Shown here piece after piece: positions 55,988 to 64,000 of a stretch of 64,000 nt of DNA. Position 1 is the first letter of the stretch. Each line of letters begins with the position of its first letter. The DNA comes from Bugula neritina (Eukaryota > Animalia > Bryozoa), in contig OZ037766.1 of NCBI GenBank assembly GCA_964035545.1, forward strand, positions 28,069,673-28,133,672, given 5' to 3'. Position numbers and translations under genes: made by a program. The notes under the pieces are model-generated. The model was not told the DNA's origin. It ran no database searches and saw only the letters and a program-made list of their open reading frames with translations.

Positions 55988-58122
55988 AATGATATCTCCA
56001 TTTTAGTTCTCTGATTTTACAGTCAAGAGAAACTTACTTACTGCTTAATGGTGAAAGTGTGGAAATCTTGGTCAGTAACGGGAACTTTCACATTTCATTA
56101 AACTCTCTTTGCAGCTTCATATGTAATTCCATGTCAAAAACAGTGTGATTTTTATTTAATTAAAATGTTTTTTATTATTCATTACTGTGTGTTGTTTTGT
56201 GATATCTTTTTAAAATTAAAACAGAAAGGCAAGCATGCATACAATTGTTTTCAAGTCAGACAAAATACATCATGCACAGTTATCCAATAAACAGTTCAGG
56301 TTTCAATTCTGAAAGTGGTTATTGTATTTGATTTATCAAATTTTGTTGATTCATGTATTCTGTATTGTAAGTCTGTGTCATATGTGTACATGTATATTTT
56401 ATTTGCAAATAAAATAATTATTCTACTCTTTGGTAGTTTGTTTATGATTGTTTTTGGTAGGTTATGCATGCAAAATGCATTAGATACTTTTATGGTTCTA
56501 GCAAAACTATAGTTAATCATAAACAATGAAATATTGCAGTAGCTAGTTAATTTAATAAAAACTTTTATTTACACATTTTATTTAATATTGTGTTTTTTCA
56601 TTACTTTGATAAAAAACTTTGCCAAATTCTTTTCGGTATGGGTGGAGCTGTTGACAGAAATATTATTCTCTTTTCTGCTATAGATTTCCTATTATTACTT
56701 GTCTCCATATAATATAAGGCATGGTAAGCAGCATAATATACATAGAAAATGCTTTAGTTGTTTTAGCGCATTGATCTGTTAATTTAGCTTAATGAGTAAT
56801 GAAATATAATCTTGAATTTTGACTGAGCAAATCAAGTTCCTCAGGATACCATGAATCAATTTTTGAATATTATATTTAAGCATAACCTGTAGCAGCTATT
56901 AGCGTGCAGATATTCATTTTAGTTTTAAAAGTGTATTTTATACATGGTTCATCTTATTTTGAGCCAAAATGTTAATTTGGTCTGCAGGAAAAGCATTTTT
57001 AAACACTTTACATTTCAAATTACTTTTCCAAAATTATTGCTTTCTTCATCTCTTGCGCATTTCAAGATATTATTATATATACAGGGGTTTTTAAATTTCA
57101 CCCAATCAAGGGTTGCCTAACTACACAATAAGTCACCTAATCTTTTAACTGTTTATTTGAACAATTAAATAATACATGGTATAAAGCAATTTTAGTAGCT
57201 CTTCTTGGAATAAAAGTAAAGAGAATAAAACTTTAAATTCAGTTATTTTCACTTTTGAATATTTGCACTTGGTTACCACATGCATTCCAAAGTAGGCTAT
57301 AGTAAAGAATTGTATTTATAATAACTATAACGTGAAGTGTACATAAAGATTTGTTAAGGGCAGCGACATAAACAATTTATTAAATTTGGGTATCATCTAT
57401 AAAGAGGGTAAAGAAACAAATATAATTATGATCAACTTTATCAAACTATAGATGAAGATTTAAATAAAATGAGTAGCTCATTCACTTATAAGACAAATCA
57501 AATTGCAAGTGTACTACTTGAGTCACATTTTATATGCACTTTTATGCAAAATTATGTCTGAAAACTATATTATTTTTACCTCCCACAATTACATTACGTT
57601 AAAAACATAAAGGAATATTTTAGGTAAAAATATACTTATAGATGAAAACCGACAGATTAATAAAATTAATTTTTATAAAAAATTAGGAAATTAAACATTT
57701 TACTAGCATAAACTGTACTTTAAAATTTTCTTATAATAATTATGTATTATGTTGAATGATCACAAATTTTTAATAAGAATCGCTGCAGCCTAAAGTTGAA
57801 AGCTTTTTCCAAAGTTAGTCTTTGGAAATCCAAGAAAATATATTATTACAATTATCAATTTGATGCATATAATATATTGTAGTATATGTTAATAAACATT
57901 GTAACTCTTGTACCATATATATATTATAAGATGATTCCATATATAGATATCTAAATGATGACACTACTTAGGGCACTTCCAGTTACTGCAACTATAAATA
58001 TTGTCCTTCTGTTTTTTAGAAAGAATCAACATATGTAAGCATAGTGACACTTGCAGCATTATATTATGATGATATTTTGTATAGACCATTACAATAGTTT
58101 ATAACCAGTATACACATATATT

Positions 58123-58224
<102 letters not shown>

Positions 58225-58294
58225 TTAACAAATAACAAGTTTGTAATCTTATATACTTGCATAAGCTACTTAGCTCATGTATCTTCAAATCATT

Positions 58295-58690
58295 TCATAT
58301 TATCACTAAACGCAGTGTTACAGTTCTATTTGGTTGCCCATCTCCATTTGCCAAACTCAAATGTGCACAACAACCTGTACAATGACTCTCTATGACTTCT
58401 GGTTCAGTTAAGTTTAAATATGCATATGGAATGTAGCCTGTGCAACAATTTTATCTTCATACCCTCCTCTAGTTCAAATCGAGTACCTGCATGTAGAACA
58501 TAATTACAAGATTGGTTTTCTAAATTTCATAATAATTTTAATTCAATGAAATAAAAAATAGATATTCAAATAATATTAGATTGCAGCAACTTTAATCACT
58601 GCTTGCTATTGAGCATTTTGCAATTCGACTTCTTTTGGCTGCTGAATGTTTACTTACCTTTTATATCAAATCAAATTTTACTTCTGTTGG
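58295..58690 (-). pseudogene. G4: relic of a GON-like gene (last exon plus 3' end of exon 5)
   Basis: 58486-58295 reads TRFELEEG...(frameshift)...GYIPYAYLNLTEPEVIESHCTGCCAHL...TLRLVII*. 58657-58690 matches the exon-5 end with a GTAAGT donor. Upstream exons not found. Confidence 0.78.
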
Positions 58691-60017
58691 CAAAATACTG
58701 AGGCAAAATTTTAATTTCAAACAAATAAAATTTTTAGTAGCATCAATGATGCATTTTATTCTTTCATGCATTTCCTATTTTATCGTTATACCAATTAATT
58801 ATTTAGTTATTTTTATTCTTTTGCAGCTTTTTTGCAACTAGGTCAATTTTAGACATTTTTCCAGTCGCATAAAGCAGCATACAGCAAGCATAAAGTGCAG
58901 CTAGAATGCCTCCCTCAAGCAAACTCTCTTATATAATATGGATAGTTGCAGTAGCCCAACAATTAATAGTGATATTTGCATTAAGTATCTAATTGTGCTT
59001 AGAGATTTTTGTGTGCTTCTCAGTTAAATTCTATTAAAATTAGTTTATTGCTTTAATACTTTACAACTGGACAATCAGTAAAATCGATTTAGCTATTTAA
59101 TGCATGCCCTGCCATACCGCTAAATAGATTATACAGTCACTTTGACTTATACAACTTAAGCCTTAAGAAAACACTTTTAAATAAGTGGAATGACTTTTCA
59201 GAAAATATGTTTGGTTCAGTGCAGCAACATTGTTCATTTTCTTATTAGAAAGCTAAATATTTAGAACAAAAGACATCAAACAAATGTTAGAAGCTTTAGA
59301 CAGTTTGAATAATTAATAGAATTGATTATGCAAGGCCTAAAATTTAAAGTAATCTTTAAAATAAGCACATGTACAGTATAAATTTAAAAGCATACATTTA
59401 TTTAATGCTTTAATGTGTTTTTTAAACTTTACAATATAGATTTCTTTTGATGAATTATTTAAAATATGTGACAATATTATAATTATTATTATAGTCACAG
59501 ATCAATAAGTTTGGATATTTAAGTTGATATATTCTAGGTGCTAACTTCAGTTGCCTAACGGGTTCTAGTTGTATATCAACAAGCATAAGGACTAGCAGAT
59601 ATTTTGGATATTTAGTTTAGGAGAAGTCACTTTTGACTTCAAAGAAATGGGTGTAACCATTCTCTGATTACTTTGAAGTCTTTTTATGCCAAGTCAGAAA
59701 TTTAGCTAGATTTACTTTGAATGCAACAGTATTTTGCTAAAGTTATAGGTATTCTCAAATTTATGAAATTTATATATAGAAACTGGTAAGATTTGCAGCA
59801 GAAACATTTCCTTCTAAAATTATGTCAAAAGTCAAACTTCCTATACATATTTTTATATTTATTCACTCGAATCAAAATACTATTTTTCAATTGCTGACAA
59901 ATATACTTTTTAACAATTAGTTTTTAGTATGGGTATTCAGTATTATTATAATATTTAACCTGATGAAAAATTTCGTCATTTAGTGTTTCTCAAACTTGGC
60001 TCATTATGAAGTTGAAG

Positions 60018-64000
<3,983 letters not shown>

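Overview
Eukaryotic, very AT-rich animal (invertebrate-like) genomic DNA with spliceosomal GT-AG introns; the species cannot be assigned from the sequence. Three things fill the window. (1) Two tandem minus-strand paralogs (gene A, <1-10847; gene B, 22696-41390) encode type-I membrane proteins: signal peptide, one CUB domain, a Cys-rich module, a mini-sushi, an array of single-exon Sushi/CCP domains, a TM helix and a short tail. B has 22 intact sushi exons (~1709 aa); A has 6, two of them broken. The arrays show duplication, deletion, chimeric exons and probable gene conversion. (2) A young, full-length Ty3/Gypsy LTR retrotransposon (12308-19532) lies between them, with a GTAT TSD, tRNA-Leu PBS, PPT and a UUUAAAC -1 frameshift signal, but its pol is disabled. 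(3) A cluster of five 6-exon genes or relics (44416->64000) encodes small secreted proteins with a PAN/apple-like domain and what appears to be a stand-alone GON domain (known from the ADAMTS9/20/GON-1 C-terminus), with no protease. One copy is intact, one is intact up to the window edge, two carry nonsense codons and one is a relic. SINEs, a LINE fragment, non-autonomous DNA transposons and microsatellites are also present. All exon models were read by eye and checked for phase consistency; domain calls rest on motif recognition, not on searches.
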